A stretch of DNA of 51,123 bases from Candidatus Micrarchaeota archaeon (GTDB lineage: Archaea; Micrarchaeota; Micrarchaeia; Micrarchaeales; CABMGC01): positions 1 through 51,123 of the forward strand of contig JAKATZ010000001.1 of assembly GCA_021827925.1 (NCBI GenBank), given 5' to 3'. Made by a program: the position numbers and the translations under genes. Of the stretch, positions 29,001-38,856 are shown piece by piece. Each line of letters opens with the position of its first letter. Within the stretch, counting starts at the first letter, position 1. Below the pieces are notes generated by a model. That model was not told the origin of the DNA and made no database searches. It was given only the letters and a program-made list of their open reading frames with translations.

Positions 29001-29444
29001 TATATTGTGGACTTTCCCGAAACCAAAATAGTAGAGCAAGGCAGCGACGCTGACGCAGTCGCTCATCTCGCCGCTGCGTATAAGAGAAAGAACTTTTTCC
29101 CCAGTTAGGTTTATCACGTCTATGTCCTCTTCTGGTTCGAGTGCTCTTTCTCCGGGGCTGAGATCCTCTGCAAGAACCACATGAAAGACGAGTTTCGGAT
29201 GCAGGAGCGTGAATGATGCAAGATGAGTCGCCTTTCCAGCGGAGTATCCGGATTCTTCCTTAAGTTCCCTGAGACCTGCTGCGACGGGATCTTCGCCTTT
29301 CTCTACGGCTCCTCCGAACAGACCGTACATCCTGCGTTTGTGATTCGACCTGTATTCATGCGCTATGAGAAATGTCGAATCTGCAAGTACAGGTATAACA
29401 AGGGCTACGTTTCGCATAATATCACACGGTATTGGCATTCTCAT
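28995..29444 (-). CDS. NUDIX hydrolase (ADP-ribose pyrophosphatase-like)
   Basis: Nudix box GAVEKGEDPVAAGLRELKEESGY. Confidence 0.9.
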   Translation of the reverse strand: MRMPIPCDIMRNVALVIPVLADSTFLIAHEYRSNHKRRMYGLFGGAVEKGEDPVAAGLRELKEESGYSAGKATHLASFTLLHPKLVFHVVLAEDLSPGERALEPEEDIDVINLTGEKVLSLIRSGEMSDCVSVAALLYYFGFGKVHNIS

Positions 29445-29488
29445 TACAGATATAAAACAGTGCCTGCAGAATCTGTTAGGGTCTTTCT

Positions 29489-30007
29489 GTGAAGGTATTG
29501 CTGTTTATGGCATCATCGGTGAACGGTGCGATAGCTGAAAGGAACGGCGGCACGACATTCGTCACGCCTGCTGACAAGAAGAGATTTGTCAATATGGCGC
29601 TGAAGGAAGGGAACGCGGTAATGGGCATGAAGACTTTCGAGACAGTAAAGTACGATTCGTGGGTGGAAAAGATTTCAGTAGTCGTGCTTACAAAAAGACA
29701 ACGGAAGCCTTTTGGAAGTGTATCTTTTGCAAGGAGTCCTAATGAGGCACTGCGCATGCTCGATACACGTGGCTTCGATGTTGCGCTTCTGGCAGGGGGA
29801 GGGAAGGTGAACGCCTCTTTTCTTAAGGAAGGGCTGATCGACGAAATATACCTGGATGTTGAGCCAAGCATCATCGGAGATGGCATACCCATATTCGCAT
29901 CCACTGCCGGAAATGCCGAACTCCGGCTGAAGGATATCCATAAGCTATCGAAAAATGAGGTCCGGCTCCATTACGCGGTGACAAGCCGCAAGAGGCATGG
30001 AAAATGA
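29489..30007 (+). CDS. RibD C-terminal / dihydrofolate reductase family protein
   Basis: MASSVNG.IA, VMG.KTF, AGGG...ASFL.EGLIDE, P.IIGDGIPIF. Confidence 0.9.
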   Translation: MKVLLFMASSVNGAIAERNGGTTFVTPADKKRFVNMALKEGNAVMGMKTFETVKYDSWVEKISVVVLTKRQRKPFGSVSFARSPNEALRMLDTRGFDVALLAGGGKVNASFLKEGLIDEIYLDVEPSIIGDGIPIFASTAGNAELRLKDIHKLSKNEVRLHYAVTSRKRHGK

Positions 30008-30046
30008 TAAAAGATTGCTTCTGCAATCTGAAATGAGGAGAATTTT

Positions 30047-31036
30047 ATGAAAGCAATGGTGCTACACAGTACCGGAAATATAGATTCAAGACCGCTGAAG
30101 TACGAGGACATACCCATACCTGAGATAAGCGACGGCGAGGTCCTGATAAAAGTGCACGCGTGTGGCGTATGCAGATCGCAGTTGCATACGATAGAGGGAG
30201 AATGGGGCGCCCCTATGAGACTGCCGCTGGTCGTAGGGCACGAAATCGCAGGCGAGGTGGTGAAGACAGGTCGCAGGGTAAGCAACCTTAAGATAGGCGA
30301 TAGGGTGGGACTGCAGCCAACGTACAACACATGCAACAGTTGCGAATACTGCCTTACCGGAAGGGAGAACCTCTGCGACAGAATTGAAAGGACGGGAGGA
30401 CATGTAGATGGGGGCTACGCAGAATACGTCAAAGGTGTCGAGCAGCATACATACCTGATACCTGGCAACCTCAGCTACCAGAAAGCAGCGCCTCTATTCT
30501 GCCCTGGCGCTACGGCATACAGAGCCGTATGCATGGCAGAGCCTGCGCCTTATAAGACTATGGCTGTGTTCGGGGTGGGCGGTGTCGGACATATGGCAGT
30601 CCAGTTCGCGAGGCTCCATGGTGCCAGAACCGTCGCAGTAGACAGGAGCAAGAAGAAGCTTGAACTCGCTGAGAGATTCGGCGCCGTACCTGTAGAATAC
30701 GGAGATACCGAGAAGCTGGCGCGACTGGGAATAGACGATAGCATTGTTTTTGCACCTTCTGATGAAGTGATTGCAATGGCCAGAAATGCCACTAAGAAAG
30801 GGGGGCGCATTGTCATAGGAGTGGAAGGCAATGTCTTGGACTTCGATTTCAGGAAGGAACAACGAATAATGGGATGCCTGGTAGGCACGAGGAACGATGT
30901 TAACAACGTGCTGAAGCTGGCATCCGAAGGAAGGATAGGCGCGGAGGTTGCAGAGTACAGACTTGAGGAAGCCAATGAAGTGCTTGCAAAGATGAAGAAG
31001 GGGGAGCTCGTCGGAAGAGCGGTTCTCGTTCCATGA
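30047..31036 (+). CDS. Zinc-dependent alcohol dehydrogenase (AdhP-like)
   Basis: ACGVCRS, GHE, CNSCEYC...ENLC, G.GGVG. Confidence 0.95.
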   Translation: MKAMVLHSTGNIDSRPLKYEDIPIPEISDGEVLIKVHACGVCRSQLHTIEGEWGAPMRLPLVVGHEIAGEVVKTGRRVSNLKIGDRVGLQPTYNTCNSCEYCLTGRENLCDRIERTGGHVDGGYAEYVKGVEQHTYLIPGNLSYQKAAPLFCPGATAYRAVCMAEPAPYKTMAVFGVGGVGHMAVQFARLHGARTVAVDRSKKKLELAERFGAVPVEYGDTEKLARLGIDDSIVFAPSDEVIAMARNATKKGGRIVIGVEGNVLDFDFRKEQRIMGCLVGTRNDVNNVLKLASEGRIGAEVAEYRLEEANEVLAKMKKGELVGRAVLVP

Positions 31037-31086
31037 CGGCATGCGGGTCTGAACGGGCTTTTATATGTTTCAGTATATTTTAAACC

Positions 31087-33486
31087 ATGGATGCGAGGGA
31101 CTTCAAAAACCTTGGCGTTGATGAGACTCTTAAGAGGATAGGCACCGGGATTGGCGGACTTTCCGAAAAGGAAGCAGAGAAACGGCTTAAGAAGTACGGA
31201 TACAACGAAGTCGTGGAGAAGAAGGAAAGCGCGGCACTTAAGTTCCTAAGCAAGTTCTATGGCCCGGTTCCTCTAATCCTCTGGGCAGTCATAGCCATAT
31301 CCTACCTGTTGGGAAGGACGGAAGACTTCTACATACTCCTTGCATTGCTGCTTTTCAACGCAACCATGAGCTTCCTTGAGGAAAGCAAGGCAGACCGTAC
31401 TTTGGAATCGCTGAGAAAGAGACTTAGCGTAAGCGCGAGGGCTCTACGGTCTGGGAACTGGGAGAAACTGCCCGCACGGCTGCTCACAATAGGAGACATA
31501 GTAAGGGTTAGGCAAGGCGACATAATACCCGCTGATCTTAAGATCGTCAGATGCGACGCGGATGTAGAGACAGACGAGTCGGTGATAACCGGAGAATCTC
31601 TGCCCATCAGCAAAGGCACTGCAGGAGTATTGTATGAGGGCGCAATATTGAAAAGAGGCGAGGCTACCTGCGCAGTGATAGGTACGGGATACAATACCTT
31701 TTACGGGAAGACGGCCTCGCTCGTTGAGGTTGCGAAACCTAAGTCACATATCCAGCAGGCAATACTCAGGCTGGCAAAGTACCTGGTTGCCATAGATCTT
31801 GCAGTGGTTGCCGCGATGTTTCTGTACGGATCCCTTGCGCTTCACATAAATATAATAGATGTGCTGCCATTTTTCCTAGTGGTGTTCCTCGCCTCCGTTC
31901 CTGTGGCTTTGCCCGCCACATTCACGGTGGCGATGGCGCTGGGCACCGAGAAGCTTGCGAAGGAGAACATCCTCGTAAGACGCCTGGATTCCATAGAGGG
32001 AGCTGCGACGATGACGGTGCTATGCGCGGATAAGACGGGCACGCTGACAGAAAACATAATCACCGTAGATGAACTGATGCCATTCGGTGTTGGCGAGGAC
32101 AGGTTGATAAGGTATGCCGCAGAAGCGTCGCGTGCCGAGGACAACGATCCTATAGACAATGCTGTGTTGAACTACGCGAAGGCGAACAGGGTAAAAGCCA
32201 ATGCCCAGCTTAGGTTCACGCCATTTGATCTGTCCACCAAAATGACCGAGGCAGTAGTTGAGGGCAAGGATGGAAGGTACCGAGTCGTTAAGGGAGCAAT
32301 AATCGCAGTAAAGCGGCTCTGTCACATCGGCACACTGGAGGGGAAGGCGATGGATAAAGCCGTGGACGCTTTCTCCAAGAGGGGTTTTAGATGTATAGCC
32401 GTTGCTTTCTTGATGGAAGGCGGAAAACACTTCAGATGCGCAGGGATCATCGCACTTCACGACAGTCCCAGGAAAGATGCCGGAGCCCTCATAAGTGAAC
32501 TCGAAGAACTTGGCGTAAAGACAAAGATGCTTACGGGTGACAACATAGCCGTTGCTGAGGAGATATCAAAGGAGCTTAGGATAGGAAACAGGATCATAGA
32601 CGCTGAGAAGCTTGGTGGCAGCAAGAAAGAGCTTTACGCCTCGATAAACGGCGCAGACGGATTCGCGAACATCTATCCTGAGGACAAGTACACAATTGTG
32701 AAGGCGCTCCAGAACAGCAGGATGATTGTCGGGATGACCGGCGACGGAGTCAACGACGCTCCGGCGCTGAAGCAAGCAGAGGTGGGCATAGCCGTCTCGA
32801 GCGCTACCGATGTTGCGAAGGAGGCGGCAGCCCTTGTGCTAACAAGGAACGGAATAGAGGTTATAGTGCACGCAGTAAAGGAGAGCAGGAGAATATTCGA
32901 AAGAATGTCTACTTATACTATGCTTAAGATATCAAGGGCGATCCAGATAATCGCGTTCATAGGCATAGTGTACATGTTCATGCATGGCATGATAGCCATA
33001 ACGCCATCGCTCCTGGTACTCCTTATATTCACCAATGACATAGTCAATATAACAATCTCTGCTGACAATGCGGTTTACGCGAAGAGGCCTGATTCATGGA
33101 ACATACGCTCGTTCTTTTATCCCGCCGGAGCAGTGGGCGCCGTCCTTGTGTTGCAGGCTCTGATACTTATACCGCTGGCCTTCAGCGCGTTCGGCATGTC
33201 TGTTGCGGAGTTCCAGACGCTGGTCTTCCTTCTGCTCGTAGTGTCTGACAAGTTCACCATACTGAATTTCAGGGAGAAAGGATGGTTCTGGAAGTCCAGG
33301 CCCAGTTCGAAGGTAGTTCTAAGTTCCGCGGTGGGAATTACTGCAGGAACATTGATGGCATATTTCGGCATATTGGTACCGAAGATCGGAATCGTTGCGA
33401 TAGTTTCGGCCTTTGTGCTTTCCATAGTTTTCCTGCCGATAAATGATGTTGTGAAGAAGGGCGCAATTAAGGCACTTGGAAGATGA
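31087..33486 (+). CDS. Plasma-membrane proton-efflux P-type ATPase (type IIIA)
   Basis: TGES, ASVPVALPA, DKTGTLT, KGA, MLTGD, MTGDGVNDAPALK, IFTND. Confidence 0.92.
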   Translation: MDARDFKNLGVDETLKRIGTGIGGLSEKEAEKRLKKYGYNEVVEKKESAALKFLSKFYGPVPLILWAVIAISYLLGRTEDFYILLALLLFNATMSFLEESKADRTLESLRKRLSVSARALRSGNWEKLPARLLTIGDIVRVRQGDIIPADLKIVRCDADVETDESVITGESLPISKGTAGVLYEGAILKRGEATCAVIGTGYNTFYGKTASLVEVAKPKSHIQQAILRLAKYLVAIDLAVVAAMFLYGSLALHINIIDVLPFFLVVFLASVPVALPATFTVAMALGTEKLAKENILVRRLDSIEGAATMTVLCADKTGTLTENIITVDELMPFGVGEDRLIRYAAEASRAEDNDPIDNAVLNYAKANRVKANAQLRFTPFDLSTKMTEAVVEGKDGRYRVVKGAIIAVKRLCHIGTLEGKAMDKAVDAFSKRGFRCIAVAFLMEGGKHFRCAGIIALHDSPRKDAGALISELEELGVKTKMLTGDNIAVAEEISKELRIGNRIIDAEKLGGSKKELYASINGADGFANIYPEDKYTIVKALQNSRMIVGMTGDGVNDAPALKQAEVGIAVSSATDVAKEAAALVLTRNGIEVIVHAVKESRRIFERMSTYTMLKISRAIQIIAFIGIVYMFMHGMIAITPSLLVLLIFTNDIVNITISADNAVYAKRPDSWNIRSFFYPAGAVGAVLVLQALILIPLAFSAFGMSVAEFQTLVFLLLVVSDKFTILNFREKGWFWKSRPSSKVVLSSAVGITAGTLMAYFGILVPKIGIVAIVSAFVLSIVFLPINDVVKKGAIKALGR

Positions 33487-33569
33487 TGCTTTGGGATTTA
33501 CAAGGGTTCCATACTTCATCGTAGAGATATATCAACCTAAGCGTGTAATATGTGAATAGGTCAGTTATC

Positions 33570-34226
33570 ATGGGAATAGAATCGTTGAGATGGATAGGGC
33601 ATGCCTCTTTTGTCTTGAATGCGGAGGAAATGAATATATACATAGATCCGTTTGGGCTAGAGAAAAGCTACGGCAATGCGGATATCATATTTGTCACCCA
33701 CCCGCACTTCGACCATTTCAGCATTGAGGACATACGGAAGGTTGCTACAGGAAAGACGGTTATATTTGCTCCGCATGAGGTAGCAGAAAAGCTGCACGGA
33801 TTCAGAGTCGCAATGGTGGAACCGGGGAAAGAATATGCGCACGGAGCCCTTCATGTATCGACCGTGCCAGCATACAACGTCGTGCACGAGAGACTAAAGA
33901 ACCATCCGAAAGAGAAAGGCTGGGTTGGCTATAGGATAAGCACTGAAGATGGAAGCATATACCATGCAGGAGATACGGATTTCATACCTGAGATGAATGC
34001 CATTAAGGCAGACATCGCACTGATACCGATGGGCGGAACCTATGTTATGGATCCCGATGAAGCCATAACCGCGGCAGAAAGCATCGATGCAGGGGAGATA
34101 GTTCCGATGCATTACAAGGCACTTCTGGGGCGTGAAGGGTCAACATCTGCGGAGGAAAAATTCAGAAAGAGGGTAAGTAACTGCAGGATAATGGAAGAGA
34201 TTCAGACGGCTCGCTATTCGTTCTGA
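33570..34226 (+). CDS. Metallo-beta-lactamase fold hydrolase
   Basis: GHASF, THPHFDH, YHAGDT, PMGGTY.M, VPMHY. Confidence 0.92.
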   Translation: MGIESLRWIGHASFVLNAEEMNIYIDPFGLEKSYGNADIIFVTHPHFDHFSIEDIRKVATGKTVIFAPHEVAEKLHGFRVAMVEPGKEYAHGALHVSTVPAYNVVHERLKNHPKEKGWVGYRISTEDGSIYHAGDTDFIPEMNAIKADIALIPMGGTYVMDPDEAITAAESIDAGEIVPMHYKALLGREGSTSAEEKFRKRVSNCRIMEEIQTARYSF

Positions 34227-34280
34227 GTGCGTTAGTATGCCCTGTTCCAAAACGCTCAGCAGAGGATTGCAACTTTGCAG

Positions 34281-35246
34281 CTAAGGGGAACTGTAGCCGC
34301 TCGCCCAGCTGCCGGTAAAGATCGTGTTGATTGGCGTGCCGTCGTTGTTGTTGCCAGAATAATCCATCGTATCGCCGTTGAGGGGATACCACGCTACGAG
34401 GTGTTGCAGGTCTATCGGCGCGCCGCCTACGCCCTCGCCATAGAGCGCAGAGATGGCATTTGCCCCCAGGGAGCTATTGTAGATCTGCACATTAGAAATA
34501 AGGCCGTCAAGGTACTCCGAAAATGGGTTTACCTGCTTGCCTATGTAAGCTTCAGACTGAGTAGTGTCCCACGATCTTGCCGCCGGGCCTGCCGCGAGAG
34601 TACCGTTCACGTAAATCCTCACGTAAGTGCCGTCGTAAGTTCCGCAGATGAAATTCCAGCGCCCTACAAACTTTGCCATGTCGGTATAATAGTAAAGATC
34701 ATAGCTGGGCCCGTATCCTCCCACATCGACGAAGCCGAGGCCGAACCCTATGAACCTTGATGCTCCGCCTGATCCAGTGCCATAAGCGGCTATCCAGCTC
34801 CATCCATCATTGCTGCCATAGGTACCTGGCAGCGCGGCGAGGTTTGTCCAGCCGCACATCGTGTCGGGATTGTTCCCGTATGCCAATCCGGAGGTAGGTA
34901 GCGTTACATAGCTGCTCTGGCCGTTGAGCTGAGCTACAAACTTCGGCAATTCATTAAGGCATGTGCCGCCCAGGTTGAGATCAATGCTCGTCCCTGCACC
35001 ATAAGGTCTCAGGACCTGGCAGCTGCCGGGCTGTGCTTTCGGGGCAAATGAATTAGGATTGAATACCCCCAGGGAGAACAACGCCCCCAGAACCACTGCG
35101 ATTATCAGTATAGCCCAGCCGTAGGTCATCAGGTACTCCATCGCACTCTGCGCTTTCCTAAGGGGCCGTTTTCTTACGAGTTCCCTGTTCTTTATCGCAG
35201 ATTCTTCCTTGGAGTACAATTCCTTTTGGAAGGATGGCCCGTGCAT
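34281..35246 (-). CDS. Class III signal peptide LamG-domain surface protein, copy 2
   Basis: RKAQSAMEYLMTYGWAILII, GTYDG...IYVNG, ISNVQIYN, LVAWYPLNG. Confidence 0.9.
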   Translation of the reverse strand: MHGPSFQKELYSKEESAIKNRELVRKRPLRKAQSAMEYLMTYGWAILIIAVVLGALFSLGVFNPNSFAPKAQPGSCQVLRPYGAGTSIDLNLGGTCLNELPKFVAQLNGQSSYVTLPTSGLAYGNNPDTMCGWTNLAALPGTYGSNDGWSWIAAYGTGSGGASRFIGFGLGFVDVGGYGPSYDLYYYTDMAKFVGRWNFICGTYDGTYVRIYVNGTLAAGPAARSWDTTQSEAYIGKQVNPFSEYLDGLISNVQIYNSSLGANAISALYGEGVGGAPIDLQHLVAWYPLNGDTMDYSGNNNDGTPINTIFTGSWASGYSSP

Positions 35247-35400
35247 GAGATTATAGGAGCATAATAAATGATAAATATCTTCCTTGTAGCGGCTTTGCAT
35301 AAGGCAGGGAAGGAAGCATGACATCGCAGTAATATTAGTATGGTGTGTAGTAAATGTTACAAGGATTTATTATAAAGCGCGGACCGTGATTATGCCAGAT

Positions 35401-36198
35401 TCAACGCTGCCTCTTGCTTCCCATTTTGCCCGATTTTATTATTTCTCTTGCCAAGTCTAATATCTCCAGTGGGGAGAGCATGAACAAGGAAGAATTTGCA
35501 TTAGCAATAGAGGACGCATTCTTACGGGCTTCCTTCCTATCGATACCCAGTCCGTAACTGGAATCATGTATAGCATTCCTTACCTTCTTCCTTCTGTGCT
35601 GCATAAGCACACCAATAACCTGAGCCTCTTCGGGGGTTGGTCCGTCTTGTCTAGGCTTCAGAAATATCACTTCCGAGTCAACCTTTGGCACGGGCTTGAA
35701 ATCTCGCCTGGGCACATCCATTATCTCAGTTATGCTGAATGTGAGGGAGGCCATCACGCTTAGGCGCGAGTAGTTTCGCGTGCCTTGCTTCGCAAGAAGG
35801 CGCCCGACATATTCTTTTTGAAGGCATACAACAGCCTCCATTCGGTTCTCATGAAGCCATTGTATGATGCGGCTTGAGAGCACATATGGAACGTTGGAAA
35901 TGAATATGTCGGCTTCGGATGGCTTTAGGATCTCCTTGCCCAGATCGAAAAAATCAGCGTTTATTATCTTTAGGTTCCTGAAGTGCATGGTGCTTTCGAG
36001 AATTGCGCAGAGGTCGCTATCCTTCTCTACCGCAATAACTTTCTTGGCATTTGCGCAAAGCTCGCGTGTGAGTATCCCGCGCCCAGGGCCCATCTCTATC
36101 ACAATCTTGCCGTGAGCGTGCGCAGCCTCTGCCTTAGCAACACCGTCGTTGATCAGAAAAACCTGGCCTAGCCTCTTTGTGCGCCATGCCCTTGACAA
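35401..36198 (-). CDS. rsmA: 16S rRNA adenine dimethyltransferase KsgA/Dim1
   Basis: LGQVFL, EMGPGRGILT, SNVPY, QKE, YSRLSV, P.PKVDS. Confidence 0.95.
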   Translation of the reverse strand: MSRAWRTKRLGQVFLINDGVAKAEAAHAHGKIVIEMGPGRGILTRELCANAKKVIAVEKDSDLCAILESTMHFRNLKIINADFFDLGKEILKPSEADIFISNVPYVLSSRIIQWLHENRMEAVVCLQKEYVGRLLAKQGTRNYSRLSVMASLTFSITEIMDVPRRDFKPVPKVDSEVIFLKPRQDGPTPEEAQVIGVLMQHRRKKVRNAIHDSSYGLGIDRKEARKNASSIANANSSLFMLSPLEILDLAREIIKSGKMGSKRQR

Positions 36199-36303
36199 AA
36201 AACCACTAGGATCGATAATGGTAAGAGAGGCATATATAGGTTGCGAAATCGTTTCACAATCTCTCTGGTTTTTATTAGTTCCCTTTCATTATACTGTGAT
36301 GGC

Positions 36304-37329
36304 ATGAAGGCGCAGTCCGCGATCGAATTCCTCGCTACCTACGGCTTCCTATTCATAATACTTGCTACGGCAATAATTCTCATAACGCTGCTAGCCACAT
36401 CCACAGGCGTAGCTGTCCAGTCACAGTGTGCATCTTTCGGCACGGTGTCGTGCAACTACGTGGATTATTACATAGGCAATGGTTATTCGCTTCTCCTCTT
36501 CTCGATAACCAACTCGCAGGCTGCTCCGGTAAACGTAATATCGGTTAACGCAACCATAAACAGCAAGACATGGAATGGGCTGTGTGAACCTGGCTTCCTT
36601 ATGCCAGGTGCAGAAGCAACGTGCGTAGTCAACCTGCCGCGCCAAGGCAACATCGGCGGGAGCGAGTCAGGATTTTATACTGTGAATGCTGAGTACTGCA
36701 ATGCAGGAGTGGGATCGCTGAACAGCGTGGAATGCAGCTATGAGCCAGCATTGTACAGCGGCTCGTTTTACACCTATGTATCGGACACTAAGGCTGCAGT
36801 TTTCAGTGTTTCGGTTGCAAGGGCGCCGTCTAGCCTGCAGATAGTACCTTACAACGGCGTTCCGCAGATACCTTCCGGCTATCAAGTGATGCAGAACGGC
36901 GATCTTGTTGCTGCGAGCAATGCTCTCGGCTTCGGATACGCGTACGGCAGCGGGGGCTTTGTAGGCTTGGACCACTTGGGAATCAGAACCATCCCGTTTC
37001 CGGCGAGCCTGTCAGTTCTTTCAGACAGTGCCGCGTGCAGCCAGCCTTACAATTCGCTATACTCCGTTGCATATTCTGTGTTTTATGTCAATTCCCCCAC
37101 GAGAGTAGGAATCTCGGCGTACAGCAACAATGCCATAGACGTGTATTACCAATACGGCGGATCGGGAGTATGGGATAGCATGTTCCAGTCCTCGCTATGG
37201 AACTCTAACGGGAATAATGAAGGAGGGGCTTACGTTTCTCTTGCTTCAGGTCTCTACGGAATAGCCGTCGCATCTGCGGAGGAGTGCGGACCTGGTGTCC
37301 AGGCCCTTGCAGTAAACGGGTTGTCATAG
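36304..37329 (+). CDS. Class III signal peptide (pilin-like) surface protein
   Basis: MKAQ/SAIEFLATYGFLFII followed by a beta-rich extracellular domain with several Cys. Confidence 0.85.
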   Translation: MKAQSAIEFLATYGFLFIILATAIILITLLATSTGVAVQSQCASFGTVSCNYVDYYIGNGYSLLLFSITNSQAAPVNVISVNATINSKTWNGLCEPGFLMPGAEATCVVNLPRQGNIGGSESGFYTVNAEYCNAGVGSLNSVECSYEPALYSGSFYTYVSDTKAAVFSVSVARAPSSLQIVPYNGVPQIPSGYQVMQNGDLVAASNALGFGYAYGSGGFVGLDHLGIRTIPFPASLSVLSDSAACSQPYNSLYSVAYSVFYVNSPTRVGISAYSNNAIDVYYQYGGSGVWDSMFQSSLWNSNGNNEGGAYVSLASGLYGIAVASAEECGPGVQALAVNGLS

Positions 37330-38367
37330 CCCCTTGAGTAGTGATTTTTCTATCCCGACTATATTCCTGAAAGCACTGAGCTGCTTGCCGGCCTCATCGT
37401 CTGAATTGAATATCTCTATGCGTACCCCCTGTTTGTCTGCCTTATCAAGAAGAGCTTTTATCTCTTCGGTGTTTATTACGGAATCATTGACTATTATTAC
37501 GCCCAGCGAATAATCGCTTAGGGCATCAGAAACCTTTTCTATGCCAGATATCGACTTGTTCAGCCTGAGCCCATTGAAGAATGTGTTAAGGTACTCGAAT
37601 TCCTTCCTGACGTGCTCGCCGGCGAGTAGCTTCATTGTCTCGGAACTCTGCATGACCTCCCTGACGCCGGACCTCTCAGCGTCGCTTGCAGAGGCGTATA
37701 CAACACGCTTGGAGAGCTTTATTCCCTGGGATTCGACATATTTTTTGATATCATCCTTTGTGAATCCGGGACCTGCGACTATAACTATGTCGACCCCCAT
37801 GCGTTCTATTGCTTCGATCACATCATTGAAATAGTCAGTCCTGCGCTTTTCATAATCCTTTTCCTTCATCTTCTTGCTCAGCCTGCTGTACATCTCGCTT
37901 ACTAGCTCTATGCCGTAGCCGCGTATGTATGCCACGGTAGCCTTCTCGTCATCGATGGCTATCACTCCCAGCCTGGGCCTCTTTGACTCTGTGACAGCCT
38001 GCTTTATCCTTTTCAGTAGGTAATCCTTCCATTCGCGCTTCGATATCTCCAGCTGGTCCGATGGGCCTATGCTCAGGGTGTGATAGCTATTTATGCGTAT
38101 GAACTCTTCTGGGTTTCCGCCGACTATTTTTCCTGTCACTCTCAGCCTGCCTGCGCTCTTGTCTATTTCCACCTTCTCCACAGTCAGGTTTATGAAAACT
38201 TCCTTCTGTTCTCCCTCGTCACCCTCGCTTGGCTTGAAACGACGGTATCCTTTCGCGCCAAGCGTGTCACCTGCGGAGATGACCATCGCAAGCACGTAAA
38301 GATCCTCGAACGACTCGGGTTCGACCTTGAGTGAATTGCCCGGTTCATAGAATCGTATTATCCTCAT
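37324..38367 (-). CDS. pelA: mRNA surveillance / ribosome rescue protein Pelota
   Basis: PESFEDLYVL, RLRVTGKI, YHTL, VAGPGFTK, eRF1-like domains. Confidence 0.95.
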   Translation of the reverse strand: MRIIRFYEPGNSLKVEPESFEDLYVLAMVISAGDTLGAKGYRRFKPSEGDEGEQKEVFINLTVEKVEIDKSAGRLRVTGKIVGGNPEEFIRINSYHTLSIGPSDQLEISKREWKDYLLKRIKQAVTESKRPRLGVIAIDDEKATVAYIRGYGIELVSEMYSRLSKKMKEKDYEKRRTDYFNDVIEAIERMGVDIVIVAGPGFTKDDIKKYVESQGIKLSKRVVYASASDAERSGVREVMQSSETMKLLAGEHVRKEFEYLNTFFNGLRLNKSISGIEKVSDALSDYSLGVIIVNDSVINTEEIKALLDKADKQGVRIEIFNSDDEAGKQLSAFRNIVGIEKSLLKGL

Positions 38368-38504
38368 TCAAGCTCACTGTCCTTTCTCCTTTCCGCGCAG
38401 CTGCATCCGCACTCGCAGTTCTCTGCACACCTGCATCCTTGCCTGCAGCCGCAGAGGCATGCACCGCCGCATTCGCATCCTGCGCCGGCGCCTTGGTTTG
38501 CCAT
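38364..38504 (-). CDS. Metallothionein-like 46-aa Cys-rich peptide (not in ORF track)
   Basis: MANQGAGAGCECGGACLCGCRQGCRCAENCECGCSCAERRKDSELE: 11 Cys in CxC motifs, no aromatic residues. Its stop overlaps the pelota start (ATGA). Confidence 0.7.
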   Translation of the reverse strand: MANQGAGAGCECGGACLCGCRQGCRCAENCECGCSCAERRKDSELE

Positions 38505-38575
38505 TTGATTCACGATGCTGATTATGACTCATCTTTCTCTTAATACCATATGCTTTGGAGACTGCATCGCAGAAA

Positions 38576-38623
38576 ATACGAAATTCGTATAGCTAAAACG
38601 AAATTCGTAGAAAGGTTTAAATA
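38576..38623. promoter_or_regulatory. Tandem palindromic operator next to a BRE-TATA box
   Basis: ATACGAA-A-TTCGTAT (38576-38590) and ACGAA-A-TTCGT (38598-38608), 20 bp apart, followed by GAAAGGTTTAAATA. Confidence 0.7.
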
Positions 38624-38856
38624 TCTTGCATGGCACACTTAACTACGGGCATTACTATGTGAGAAGGGTGGGGATGAGGCATGGGGACCAGTCAATCGGC
38701 CCCCATGCACTCTAATTATCATGACCACACAGCCAACCGAAAGCCTTTTTACCTTAATCGTTGTAATGTTAGTATAATTGTCGGAGGGAAGTGCTGGAAG
38801 CCCTCATGAGACTTGGTTCTAAAGCTTTGCAATTCAGAAAACGAAATGGTTAGAGT

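Noticed and set aside
38374..38532. Alternative Arg-rich frame over the metallothionein-like ORF
   Set aside because: Explained as a shifted reading of TGC-rich codons and lacks the ATGA coupling to pelota. Not formally excluded.
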